From the NCBI GenBank assembly GCA_028534125.1, contig CM052817.1, positions 52,702,001 through 52,766,000 of the forward strand: DNA of 64,000 nt, written 5' to 3'. Position 1 is the stretch's first letter. Every line of letters starts with the position of its first letter. This document shows positions 50,791-63,724 of this stretch, piece by piece. The position numbers were made by a program, and so were the translations under genes. The DNA comes from Lama glama (Eukaryota). The notes below the pieces were generated by a model. The model was given only the letters and a program-made list of their open reading frames with translations, was not told where the DNA came from and ran no database searches.

Positions 50791-51456
50791 TTTAGGAATG
50801 TTACTGTTAATGATGAACATTCTCAGGACATCTGATCTTAATCGTATTGACCAGTGAAATTATTTGAGTAAATTGCCAGTCAGTTTGAGAATGAATTATG
50901 TCTGTGTTCTCTTGAATAAAAGGTTTAATAGAGGATATCACAAGGAACCTCTCTGTATCTTTGAGTTTGAAATGTTGATAATTATGTGATAGGAAAGAAC
51001 AAAGCAAAACATTTTGTATGCTCAGAGCCTGGTATAGAGACAGCATAAACTTTAGTTACTATACACAAAATTACTTTCAAATGCAGGAGAGGGCCTGGTG
51101 TCTCATTCATGCTTACGTTTACTCCCTGTACCTGGATCAGTCAAGTATACAAAACTTTTTGTAAATGAAACATTTAGGATATTGATAGAACAATGAAATA
51201 TGAAAAGCAAAGTCTAGTTGGCTGCACATTTGTTCTCTCAGGCAAAAGAATCCCAGGGCAGTTAGAAGATGAGAGGAAGGCTGTGCTGGGGTCACCACAG
51301 GAGGCTTTGTGAGATGCATGGCTACTGAGACGGTTCCTTATTCTTACAGTAAACACTGAAGGATGACACTGCACCCCACTAGGGTTGCAAAGGTGAGGGA
51401 TATATGATTCTTACACACAGTCAACTCATATCTTGGTCTCAGAGACAAATGTATAG

Positions 51457-51678
51457 TAATAATCAATAGCACTTATTGACCCCTCAATATTTGCCAGGCA
51501 TTGTTCTAAGTAATTTATATGGATTAATTCCTTTAATCCTGAAAACAACCCTATGAGAAATGGAAGCAGGTACTAAGAGTTTAGAAATGTGCCAAGGTCA
51601 CAGAGCTAATAAGAAGTATAGTTACTATTTGAATTCAGGCAATCTGGCTCCAAAGCCTGCACTTTTAACCAGTGTGCC
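51457..51678 (-). mobile_element. MIR
   Basis: gccaggcattgttctaag...aacaaccctatgag...ccaaggtcacagagctaataag...tttgaattcaggcaatctggctccaaagcctgcacttttaacca. Confidence 0.9.
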
Positions 51679-52199
51679 TTTTTGTTAATACAATTCTAAT
51701 GTAGTGTGGTAAATAAATAATAGACTCATAAATAAAGGTATAAATCAGAAAAAGAAAAGTGATCATATCCATCTGTGAGATAGTTAAGAAAGATTTCACT
51801 GAGGTGGGTCCCACAAGGTAGAATTTTGAAAGTTAAGCTGGAATTTTCCAGACAGAGGAGTGGTTTACTGTCTGCAGGTTAAGGATATTGAATTCAACAC
51901 AAGCTTAAAATCTGCTTCATCTCTGGAGTCTACTAAAGTAAATGAGACACTGAAAGATTTTTGTTCCTTGTTAATTTGGAGCAAAGAGGGTGGCATAAAA
52001 TCAGAAGGACTAACACAATAGCAGAGAAGACAATGGAAACAAACCGAGAGAAGTGGGAAAACTCCGATGGAGAAGTGGGAACTATATTAAGAGACCTAAG
52101 AAACTGAGCTTTTTGGCAAGGAAATATGAGAAACACCTTATTTCTTTCACATAAGCTTCCTTATGTTCAGGATTTGATGTACCAGTATGATAGACTGCT

Positions 52200-52605
52200 A
52201 ATGGCCATTCATATACTATAGCTGTAGTGGGATTTCTTTTCCCACTCCTTGAATGTAGGTGAGCCCTGTGGCTTAATCTGACCCCAGTGTGGCAGAAGTG
52301 GCATTGTTTGAGGCCTGAGTATAGGCACAAGAGGCCAGGCAGCTACTACTCATGTACTCTTGAAATGCTATTGACAGATAAACAAACTTGTGTTAGAGAA
52401 TGACAGACCACATGGAAAGCTTGTCCAGCTGAGGCACAAATACAAAGGAAGGCCAACCAATAATAACACATGAATCAGAAACAAGCCATTGCAATGGAGC
52501 TCCACCCAAACTATTGGCTCAGAATTATGAGCAAATAAATGCTCGACATTTTAAGTCACTACATTTTGGGGTGCTTTGTGACAGAGGAAAAAGCTAATTG
52601 ATTCA
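52200..52605 (+). mobile_element. MLT1 (H/G-like) LTR
   Basis: cccactccttgaatgtagg...ggcagaagtg...cagaattatgagcaaataaatg...ttttaagtcactacattttggggtg...agctaattgattca. Confidence 0.8.
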
Positions 52606-52709
52606 GTCAGCTTTCACTATTAGTAAAGAAGAAACAAAAGGTAAAAGCAGGAAGATTGAAAGTCTATGTAATAGACAGTGGATGCACAGATCTAACCTAC
52701 TTCACATGG

Positions 52710-53362
52710 TGGGACAGAAATCTAGGGTTTTATTCTCTAGAGTGAGGAGACTCTTTGATCTGAGGACATGAGATGTTGACAAAGAATAGGTTCTTGCTTC
52801 ACCCAGGAATTAATTCAAGAGCAAGACATAGTAAAGTGAAAGTAAATTTATTTAGAGAGAGACACACTCCAAAGACAAGGTATGGGCCATCTCACTCAGA
52901 AGGGAGAGCAGCTTAGAAGATACACACCCCATAAACAGAATGTGGACCATTTCAAAAAGCAAGAGGGAGAGAGACCAAGAGGTGTGGGGTGTTTAGCTTA
53001 AAGTAAAAGTAGATATACACTCCATAGACAGAGTGCAGGCCATCTCAGAAGGCAAGAGAGACACAAGTTGTGGGGTGGTTAGCTTTTATGAGCTTGATAA
53101 TTTTGTATGCTAATGAGTAGGAAGATTATTCCAACTATTTTGGGAAAGGGATGGGAATTTTCAGGAATTGGGTTCCCTGCCCACTTCTGGATTTTTCATA
53201 GTTAGCCTAGGAACTGTCATGACACCTGTGGGTACACCATGAGGCTCAGGGTCTACTGGAAGTCGGATCTTCTGCCATCTTGGTTTTAACGAGCTTGTCC
53301 TGTCCTCAATTGCTGTGTCATTCCTTCAGTGATTATGCCCTGCCCTGTTCCCTCCTGTCCCA
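52710..53362 (-). mobile_element. ERV1-type solo LTR related to 49407-50010
   Basis: perfect inverted termini TGGGACAG (52710-52717) and CTGTCCCA (53355-53362); shares aattcaagagcaag, ccatagacaga, tatgctaat, ctgccct with the other LTR. Confidence 0.8.
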
Positions 53363-53873
53363 CAGGCACAGTCAAAGATAATAGAGACAATACTAAAATA
53401 TGATTATTCAGAGAAAGATGATTAATTAAAGACTTGGAGCGATTTTATGCATTTCTCTCTCAAACTCTGTCAGTCAGGCCTTTGCCCATTATTGAGAAGA
53501 TCATAAGAACATTCACTGGAGAATATGAGCAACTCAACAGAAAGATCTTAAAAATACTACCGTTATGATATGTAGGTATAATTACAATTTGGTTCAACAA
53601 ATAATCCCCTTATCACTAGAAGCCATACTACCATCACCATTCCTGGTGTCTATGGGAGAAGCCCACTTCTCCTACCCACCCTCTACTGCTGCTGAATTTG
53701 CCAAGGAACTTAAGTGATGTAAGCTACTATTTCATTTGTTTACCATGCAACAGTAACTGATACAAAGTGTTCTGTGAGATTTGGGCCTAGACACATCATC
53801 CTAGAATAAGATAAAAATGAGTAGGAGTATAAACACTGGGTATCAACTGTATTGATACCAGGGACTAAAAAGG

Positions 53874-54238
53874 GCACTTTTTGAAGAAATGCTGTATCTC
53901 CAAATTTCTTGATGTCACAAAGTATGTCATTGAATGGAAAAAATTTGGACATTAAAAATGCTGAACCAGAAAGAGTTTCTGAGGAATACAGCTTTGAATA
54001 TGAAAAAGTTTTAGGAATGTCTTGTTTATTTGCCTATGAATATATGCACAAGAGTAAATAAATGATTAAACATATCTGAGTATGTATGTAAGACCTCTTT
54101 TTTAAAGTATAATATAAAATGCTGCTTAAGTGATGAGAAAGCAGTATGTCACAGTTTAACTGTAAGATTTTTTTCTTAGTGCTACATAGACTAATAGACT
54201 TTCTTATAATTAATGATGTCTTAAATTTAATAAAATTA
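53874..54238 (+). mobile_element. TcMar-Tigger-type DNA transposon 3' fragment
   Basis: aagaaatgctgtatctccaaatttcttgatgtcaca...aaagttttaggaat...tatgcacaagagt...ttcttagtgctacata...gatgtcttaaatttaataaaat. Confidence 0.55.
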
Positions 54239-54244
54239 ATTCCA

Positions 54245-54910
54245 AGATATGTCAGATAATGATAAGTGCTAGAAAGAAAAAAATACAATTAGGCAAGGCA
54301 GATAGATGAGCAGAAAACAGGAATTACTACTTTATACAGAGTGATGTGAAAAAACTTCTCTGATACTATGGTTTTTGAGCAGTGATTTGAGGTGTGTAAG
54401 AAAGAATTATTTTAAGAAGACTGATCAAAAGCTTTTGGAACAGGATTGTGAATGGCCTGCTGGATGCAGAGAAATGAAGCTTTGAAGAGAGTAATTGCAG
54501 AGAATATTATAAGAGAAGAGGTCAGAGAATTAGTGGGATAGAGTTATTTAGTAATTTATGGGCAATTTACTAGTCTTTGAGTTAAAGAGTGGCTTGATCT
54601 GACATTCTAAAGGGATCTCTCTGGCTACTGAGTCATGAATAGGCTCTAGAGGAACAAGGGTAAGGTCATGAAGACCAATTGGAAGGCGACTGCAGTATTC
54701 CAAACAAGAGATCATGATGGCTAGGATTGGAGAAATAATGGGTCAGAAAGTAGTTATATTTTAAAATTGAAATGAAAGGCTTTGCTGACTATTGGATGTA
54801 GGATATATGAGAAAGAAAAGAAATAAGGAAAACTCCAAAGTTTTGGCCAAACAGCTAGACCAGAATACATTGCAATGTAATGAAATTGAGGTGGGAAATT
54901 AAGACTTCCA
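54245..54910 (-). mobile_element. L2a
   Basis: cagataatgataagtgcta, gatctgacattctaaagggatctctctggctactg, gaccaattggaaggcgactgcagta, ggaaaactccaaagttttggcc. Confidence 0.75.
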
Positions 54911-56959
54911 TTTTTCACTTTCTTAATTATGAGCCGTTTTATAAGGTGAAGTGAGTTTCCTGGAAATAATATTATTGTATATTTTTTTGGACTAGACAGT
55001 TAAGAGTCAAATCTTTTAACAAGTTATACAAGTTGGTTTATAAGTCTCAACTCTCATAAAGACACAGACATAGAGATACACAGACACGTGTATGCACACA
55101 TACATACACACATATATTGAGGTCAAAATTTAAATACAGAGCTCTATATTTGGATGTACATCCAATTGTCAAGTCATTAGCTTAGGTGCAAACGTTTTAT
55201 TAAAAATCAGTGCTTCCCAGAATCTCAGTTTTCTGGAATACTAAGGGCACCAGATGGTCTGACAACTTGGCTGCATGGTGAAATGATGTGTTCAGAAGAT
55301 GGGCTGGCATAGTGTGTAAGAACAGAATGAAAGTCAAAGGGAAATGCCTGGCTCGCTTATTCATGATCAAGTTCTCCGGGGAAAATAAATGCACATAATT
55401 TCAGGCTCCCATCTCCATCTATGGCACATTTCTTTGTCCAGTCACTCAATCTAGATAAAACCTCCCAAATTTCTAAACATAAGTGAATTACTGAATTTCT
55501 TTTTTCACATGAGAGAAGATTGTTTACTAGGGTATTTTGCTTTGGGATTCCACCTTAAAGATGAAATGGCTGATTCATGATTCTGTTGACAACTCTTATA
55601 AGTAAACTTCTGGGTTACATATTTTTCCTCTTGTTGCTAAAATAATAGGTTCAATTAAGACTGAATTGAAAAGTTACTGGAATATTCCATTTGGTGTACA
55701 AGTTTATTTATATAATCAAAAAATCAGTAGAAATATTTTTATATAAATTTCTGGGCAGGAATTTTAATATCTGTGAAATATCCATGCAAACATACTTGAA
55801 AATATAGGTTGTATTATTCTCTTTACTTTGAGATAAAGGAGATGGCTTTCCTTCCTTCTCCAAATCTTCAGTTTTACTTCTAGAGACTATTATCAGGACA
55901 CCTATTAAGTTAAAAAAGCTATTGCTAGGCACAGTGACTGTGGCAAAGGAAACTTAAATTTGTTAAGCTGAGCTTACTGAATAGAATACAATATAACTGA
56001 AATAACTGAATGCAAATTGATTTTTTTCAAATTAATGATATATTTAGATATGACATTATTTAACAATATATAAACGTGTTATCAATTCTGACATAGAAAA
56101 ATGATGCTATAAAATTTTAACTGCTGGATTGTTACTACCTTAGATTTACCTTAAATCCTCTGAATGTTCTTGAATATGGAATTTGACTCAGTTGTTTTCA
56201 TCTTTTAGAAAGAAAAAAATCAAGCTTTATAGACCACCTTCTTGTGTTAGCATAAGACAGATTACACAGCTCACCAGTACTGAAAACTAGAAAATAATTA
56301 TAGAGCTGTGCTTGACTGCTGATTGACAGGGAAGCATTATACCACACACTGCCCCTCAAATCAGGTACTCAATTATCCAAAGTCTAGGATCTTATTTATC
56401 CAGAGTCTCTTGTTCATGGGCAACAAGATTAGATTGACCACCAGTAAGAAGTAAATGAAAGGTAAAAGAAAAGGATTGTTCTCTGGTGGTAGGCAAACCC
56501 ATGGGTGTAGGATAGACCTTAGATGTGTGATGGCTTCTGGGAGACCTCCTATGTCTTATCCATTTTGGAACTATAAGCAGCTGAGATTTCTGCCCTTCAG
56601 AGTTTTTAAAACCAGTAAAAGGTTTCACTGACTTTGACTTTAACAGTCCTTCTGAAAGTTTGTAAGCCTCTAATTTTCAGTATCCAATTGTTTTCCTCTT
56701 GAAATACCCATAGTGGTTTTCTGTGGCTGACTCAACCCAGAATGATGGAGAGGCAACAGCTCTGTATAGAGATAAAGATTTTGTTTTTCCTGAAATGCTA
56801 TTGTGCATGGAAAATAAAGAAATAAACAAGCAAACAAAGTTGGTTGTCTTAAACACACTACTGGTTAGGCATACTTCTACCAAATTCCTTAAAATAGATG
56901 CCTTCGGCCAAGATATCTCTTCTAAGTTTTATACTACTTTTTCTAACTGAATAGGTCAC

Positions 56960-57560
56960 ATCTAACTTTGTATTTTAGCAGCTTCCATCTTTCCAGTATA
57001 TTGACCAAAAACCATTTGACTTTTCTCCCTTCTTCTTATTTTACCTAACTCTACATTACTTCCCACATGATATCAGAGTGGTTAGGTTAATGCCATGAAA
57101 AAATACAAATGATCTGCTACCCAGTATTTTCATGCCAAAATTCCAAATCCAAAAACAGAATCTAAGGCTCTTAATGATTGGCTTCTGTTTCTTTTTTAAG
57201 ACTCATTTTTCACCATCAGCTGTCTTGAATTTTGTATTTCAAAGTTCTTCATTTATATGTTGTTCTATATGGAATAAACTCTCAACTTGATAAACTCTCA
57301 TATTCCCTCTGCTCCTGGTTAATTTGTATTAAGCCATTTCCTTAAAAATGTCCCTTGTAGGTTCAAAAATGTTAAGGGTCCTACTAGTCTGCTTCTCTAA
57401 TATCAGGACTATTTCATTAAAACACAAGGCATCCTGTGTCTGTGTCTGCTTCACTCATTAGCCTGTAGTGTGCTTAACTGCAGCGATCTTCTCCTCTGTT
57501 TACTCTCTAGTACCTAGCAGTGCTTGAAATATAGTAGGCACAAAGTATAAATTCAATACA
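56960..57560 (+). mobile_element. degenerate L2
   Basis: 3' end tctctagtacctagcagtgcttgaaatatagtaggcac. Confidence 0.5.
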
Positions 57561-60289
57561 AAGAAAAGTAACTTTCATACACAATCACTTTCAGCACTAT
57601 GATTTTTGACACTAGCGTTTTTATTGTGATTTTACATATATAACTTGATTTTAAAATTTAATCTAAATTTCCATCATTTAATTAAGAATTACAAAACCCC
57701 ACTTTCCCTTAACCACCACATTTTGAATGGTCACTCTTTAACTCCTTCATAACAATTTACCAAAACTCTCCATGGACAGTTTTCTTCAGCATTTCATATT
57801 GGTTAGTATTTGGATTTTTTTCTGCCTGTCATTCGTTCCAACTTTGGAATTCTAATTTCATTTGAAATATTTATCACAGCTAATGTATTTGTATTGCTGT
57901 AATTGAAGGAGTGGGTGTTTTGTACACTAAATTCTTGAAAGCAAAAGTTGAATAAATTTAGACATGTTTTTCAGAAGGGAGATTGAAACTGATACACTTC
58001 TATTATTCTAAGCATGAGAGTTATTTTTGTTTTGTTTATTAACTATTTTATCATATTTTATCTTGTGTTATGCAGATAAGTAAGGGTTTTCTGAGTAATT
58101 CAAAATCCTAACTTGACAGTGTACATTTTTAAGAAAACAAATGTTTATAGGGAGGCAATACACATTTGAATAAACCAATGTAATATGAATATATCTGTTT
58201 CTTAAGAACTAAAATATATATTTAACAAAAAATTGTGTTTCTCTCTTATCTTTTCTACCAGAAAGAGTAGGTTAATCCAGTAAAAATATATTATCTCCAA
58301 GGGTTAATGTTTCATCTTTATAGGCAAAGAAAACACTAAGAAATCTCATGGTGTTTTATTTTTCACAAAATTTAAGGACTATGTTTGAAGTTTAAGACTT
58401 TTAATACTTTAAGAAAATAATTTATTCTAGGTTCTCGGTCATCTAAGGAATATAGTTAATATTTTTATGTTCAGCCATAATAAGATACCACACATTTCTA
58501 AGAATCCAATTAATGAAGTTTCTCTTAAGAGACTGAGTAAACAGTGTACAAAATTACCAATTACAACTATTCAAACCTAGAATCACTGCCACGTTTATTT
58601 TATCATACAGCAAAACACTTCTATAAGGCTAATCATCAAATTTTTTAATGTTTATATTGTTTTCTTTATGTTTATCTTCAACACATAAGTTTCTTATGCT
58701 GATTAGATTAAGCTTCAAAATCAGTGAGATGATTGTGTTAAACTAAGTATGTAATATTTATTTTTCTGCTTGTGCTTAGCATATTTTAGATATGTGAAAT
58801 AAATGAATTTGTTGAATATATTCTGAGATTTTGTTCAATAAAGTACAATGTACATCCTTGCATAAGTATAAGTATAAAAATTGGAGTAATACAATGCTTC
58901 TAAATATATTTCGTATAATATAAACATTTAAAAATATTCAGATTGGCCTCCTGCTGTCATAGTCACCAATAAATGATTCAGGAGCTTACATTATTTTAGC
59001 ACCTGTTTTCTCTGGATTTTAGAAATGTTTTAACTCACTGTTGGACTTTAAGAAAAACTCTGTGTGAGGAATCAGAAAGAAAATAATTATTTTTATCTGA
59101 TATATATTAAAATATTGAGTTAAGTAATTTCTTTTACTTTTACAATGTTCTTAATGATAGTTAACAATGACAGCATTAATTATTGGCACTTGATTCTATG
59201 GTTGCAATAACAATAATCAGTTGTCTTTATATGCCTCAAACTTGTTTATATGCTAGTAGAAATCATCTAGTGTTTTTGAAGGTACTGAGGCGGTGAACTC
59301 TATTTTAAGATGGGTAAATACAGAGCCTTTAATTTAAGTGATTTTCGTTCCTCAAAATTTAATTTAGGTTGACACAAATCGATGTAAAAGACATTCTCAG
59401 ATTCAATATACTAAGGCAATCTAATTATTTATTTTAAATATTTCTATATTAAAAAAAGAAATTAGAGCCACATGGAATGTAAAACAAATCACTAATGCCT
59501 TTAATGTTTTATATAAATAATTACTAATGCTCTATTTGCATTTAGCAAAAAACCAAGGAAAGCAGAGTATTTAAATAAATTAGTCTTCAGAGAGCTTTAA
59601 AGTACTTTAGTTTGAACACAATTTCTTATATTTGAACAAACTTAAAAACTTTAGATGCTATTACAACTTATATGGAGACAAAACTTTTTCTGTGTTTAAT
59701 TTATACACTATAAAAAACTCTTTATTCTTATATGTTAGATACGTTTTTTGTAAATGACATATTTGAGCTCTTTTAATTTTGTCTGACAATCTTTATTTTT
59801 CCAAGGAATCTTTTAAGCTATTTACAATGTCATTGCTCACATAGTCATATTTTTATCTACTGTCTTTGTTTTTCTTGTTTTTGCTCTTTTTTGGAGAGTG
59901 GTGGGTCACTTTTCACTATTTTTTTTTCTTTTTTGCTATCAGTTTGGAAGTTATATATTCTTATTATTCTTTTATTAATTCATCTGATAAATGTAATATA
60001 GTAATTACTTAGGTTTGAAATTATTAGCTGCATTTTCCTTCTGAACAGGAAAATGACTTTAGAGCATTTTAAGTTAATTTCTCACTTTTCTACTTACATG
60101 TAAAATGTTATCATATATTACTTTTATATAATCATTTTTAGACTTCATGAGAATTTTTAATATATGCTTAATATTTATTTACATTCTTCCTCATATTTAC
60201 CAGAATAAAGATGAAGGCATCCTCTATTCTAGGTGATAAATGTTTTCCTAACAGTAGTATGGTTTATCAATCCTGTAACTACTTTTCTT

Positions 60290-61905
60290 ATACTGCATTT
60301 GAATGAATACATTGTAGATAATCAGAACTAGGTTTATCAGGGAGAATACATTGTAGATAATCAGAACTAGGTTTATCAGGGAGAAAAATAAATAAGCAGG
60401 TGGAGGGATGCAATACTAGAATGAACTCTTGTGACAAATTCTGTGGTGCTAGATTGAAGTCAGATAACGATTTGAAGTCATAGGCATCTAAATAAATACA
60501 TGGGTAGATGTATGTATATAAATACCAAGGTATGTATATAGATATGTATATACACATTATTTGGTATCCATGCATGCACTGACTAGTTCTGTCATCTGGG
60601 AAGGCTTAAAAGTAGTAATTATCAAACCTAGTGCCCAGACTTAGATTTCAAAATACCATTCTCCAATAAAAGGAACCAGGTTCTCTGGGTAACTGATTTA
60701 TTCTAGGGCCAAAACATGGAAAATACAAGATGAGTCTAGAGCATTTCAGCGTGTCAGAAAGTAAGAAAATGCTAAAAGGACTGAAAAATTGTGCTGAACA
60801 CTGGAATTTGACATAACACTGTAAAATGATTATGAATCAATAAAAAATGTAAAAAAAAAAGAACATTCTTATATTAAAAAAAAAAAGAAAATGCTTAAAG
60901 AAGAAGGAGGAAGAGGAAAAAAGAAGAAGGAAGAGAATGGAGATTGGAATTTCCAAAGAACATAGCAGCTAAATGGAAAAAGATCTCAGCTCCCAGTACA
61001 ATACAGTACAATAGTATTACATTATAAACCAAAAAATAAAATAATCATCCATGACTCCATATGGATATTAATAAGTGAATAAATTAATGGAAATTAATTG
61101 ATAAATCTTCCTTACAGAAGAATTCCAATTAATAACTGGAGAAAGAATAAAGGAAATAAGGGAGAAATCACCATTAGAAATCCACATTAATGCTGCTATT
61201 AAGATCCAACTATAAATGAAAAAAATTAGCAAAACCTTGAAGAGAAATAGATACTTGTAAAACCTCAACATATCCTTTCTTCCTCCAAATATATTAATTC
61301 TGCTGGTGGTTTTAACACATTTCAACAAGTTGTTTGATACTCTTCCCTCAGGCAGATATAGCTGAATGACTGTATTTCATGTTGGACGTAGTGAATCACC
61401 ACTAATAAACATATTGATGATAATATGTACCCTCTACCATGATATGATGAGAGCACATCACCTGTATGGTGGTCTTCCCAAATTGCATGACTGGAGTTTA
61501 ATCATAAGTTAACACAAGAAAGATCCATCTCAGTGACTCTCTATCCTCAAATGAATTTGTTTTATGTTTAGTTATTTGGTACATGTAACAAGTGTCAAGT
61601 TATGAATACAAAAAAGGAAAGAAGGCAGAACTGTCAGAGTTTGGAGAAGATGAAGAGTTAAAATTTTAATGCAATGTAATAGCCTGGATTGGATTATGAA
61701 ACAGAAAATGGAAATTTGTTAAAAAGTAAACTGGGGAAATCTGAATAAAATAGTTAATTTATTTAATTGTAATTACAGCTGGTAATTACACAAGGCTTAT
61801 GTAAAATGATAACCTTAGGGACCGCTGGGTGAGGATGCACACCCAGGCATGTGCTATCTTTACAACTGTCTTGAAGTCTAAATTTATTTCTAGAATAGTT
61901 GTAAA
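60290..61905 (+). mobile_element. L1MC-type 3'UTR
   Basis: cctagtgcccagac, ataccattctccaataaaaggaaccagg, aatacaagatgagtctagagcat, gaaaaagaaatagatacttgtaaaacctcaa-like motif, aatgcaatgtaatagcctggattggat. Confidence 0.75.
60305..60382. repeat. perfect 39-bp tandem duplication
   Basis: gaatacattgtagataatcagaactaggtttatcaggga at 60305-60343 and 60344-60382. Confidence 0.95.
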
Positions 61906-62279
61906 GAAAAGTAGAATAGATTACTAAAGCAAAATCCTATTCTTTCAAAAGGACAAAACATAATTTGGCATGTTCAGTGAATAAAATTAAAGGATACTTT
62001 ATTAGGTATAAGAGAAAATCCATAATTGAAAAGGTTTGGGATAATTTTAAACCATACAGTACTTCTATGTACAAATTGATTTTGATTTATTTATCAATGA
62101 ATTAAGTTAAGAATAAAGAGAAAAAGATTAGGTAACAAAACAAGGACTAAATATCTCCAAGTAATTTTTCAAAATTCTGATTCTATTCTATTCAATAAAG
62201 ATGATTTTTTTTTAGCTTTCTTATCCTTATGGAAATATTAGTACACATTACAACACACTTTTTGTTTATTTTGTGAAAC

Positions 62280-62645
62280 TTCTTTCACTAATTCCTTTTT
62301 CTCTATTATTTTTCTACGTTTTCTTTCTTGTTTACTGCTTTTATCCCTCCTTTCAACACCTATCTTTCTCTGTTTTTATTTGCCTTCCTCTTCCTTTTTC
62401 TCCTTCATTTTCCCTTCCTTCACTCCCTACTCTTCTTTCTTTTGTTTTTTTCTCCTACTTCACATTCTTGTATTCCTTTTTATACTATCTACTCTTTGTA
62501 CTTTCCCCTCCTTTTCAATTTCCACTTTCTTTTTTTGGTCCTCTTTTATTTTTTTCTTTCTCCATCTCTTTATCTTCCTCTTCCATTTCCTCTTTCTTGT
62601 TTTCTTCTACCACTTCTTGTTTCTCTGCTTTTTCTTTTACATCAT
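62280..62645. repeat. polypyrimidine (CT-rich) low-complexity tract
   Basis: about 365 bp of almost exclusively T/C on the + strand. Confidence 0.9.
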
Positions 62646-62834
62646 CCTAATTTTAGTGGGCTAAAATAAACCGAGAAAGTCTGTGTCACATTAGCGTATA
62701 TGGTACCTTTTTAGGATGAACTGCTGTGCATCTCTAAATTTTTTTTTATTTATCACCAAGATCAAAACCTGATTGTAAGGGGGAAAAGAGATCTGGTTGA
62801 TTAATTATTTGACTTTAAAAATTTTGAATACAGC

Positions 62835-63224
62835 TGGAGGAGCAAGATGGCAGAGAAGAAGGACACTCATAGCTCATCCTCTCCCACAAATACACCAAAA
62901 CTCACATCTATGGACCCACTCAGCCAACCAGAGCACCTGCCGAACTCTGACAGAACATCACCCTCTTCGAAAGACAGAGGCCAAAAATCTGGTAGAAGAA
63001 AAGGAAAAAAGAAAGAAGAAAAAGCAAAACAGTGTGGGACCTGTCCCGTGGGAAGGGAGCAGCAAAGGAGGAATAGTGCTCATTAGCTGGGTCTCCCCCC
63101 TCCAACAGAGAGGCCAACAGAATGGAGGGGGAACCTCCAAGGCTCGATCTGCCCCGAGCACCCCTTGACCAACAGAACTAAGTTAAATGGGCATAGTGGG
63201 TCCCTGCAACACCCAGCCCAATAC
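62835..63224 (+). mobile_element. 5'UTR of a young L1, truncated by assembly gap
   Basis: begins ggaggagcaagatggcagag (YY1-type CAAGATGGC at the L1 5' end), GC-richer than flanks, preceded by an AT-rich ttaaaaa target-like site. Confidence 0.75.
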
Positions 63225-63724
63225 NNNNNNNNNNNNNNNNNNNNNNNNNNNNNNNNNNNNNNNNNNNNNNNNNNNNNNNNNNNNNNNNNNNNNNNNNNNN
63301 NNNNNNNNNNNNNNNNNNNNNNNNNNNNNNNNNNNNNNNNNNNNNNNNNNNNNNNNNNNNNNNNNNNNNNNNNNNNNNNNNNNNNNNNNNNNNNNNNNNN
63401 NNNNNNNNNNNNNNNNNNNNNNNNNNNNNNNNNNNNNNNNNNNNNNNNNNNNNNNNNNNNNNNNNNNNNNNNNNNNNNNNNNNNNNNNNNNNNNNNNNNN
63501 NNNNNNNNNNNNNNNNNNNNNNNNNNNNNNNNNNNNNNNNNNNNNNNNNNNNNNNNNNNNNNNNNNNNNNNNNNNNNNNNNNNNNNNNNNNNNNNNNNNN
63601 NNNNNNNNNNNNNNNNNNNNNNNNNNNNNNNNNNNNNNNNNNNNNNNNNNNNNNNNNNNNNNNNNNNNNNNNNNNNNNNNNNNNNNNNNNNNNNNNNNNN
63701 NNNNNNNNNNNNNNNNNNNNNNNN
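63225..63724. other. assembly gap (500 N)
   Basis: run of N. Confidence 1.

Noticed and set aside
49407..53362. Paired LTRs as one provirus
   Set aside because: The LTRs are too diverged and the spacer contains MLT1, MIR and L2 host repeats, with no PBS or gag/pol seen.
55243..55260. gcaccagatggtc as a CTCF site
   Set aside because: Mismatches at core positions; a single motif is not evidence without chromatin data.
62273..62669. Hydrophobic Phe/Leu/Ser-rich ORFs resembling membrane proteins
   Set aside because: Artefact of translating a polypyrimidine tract; all three frames are open because stops need purines.
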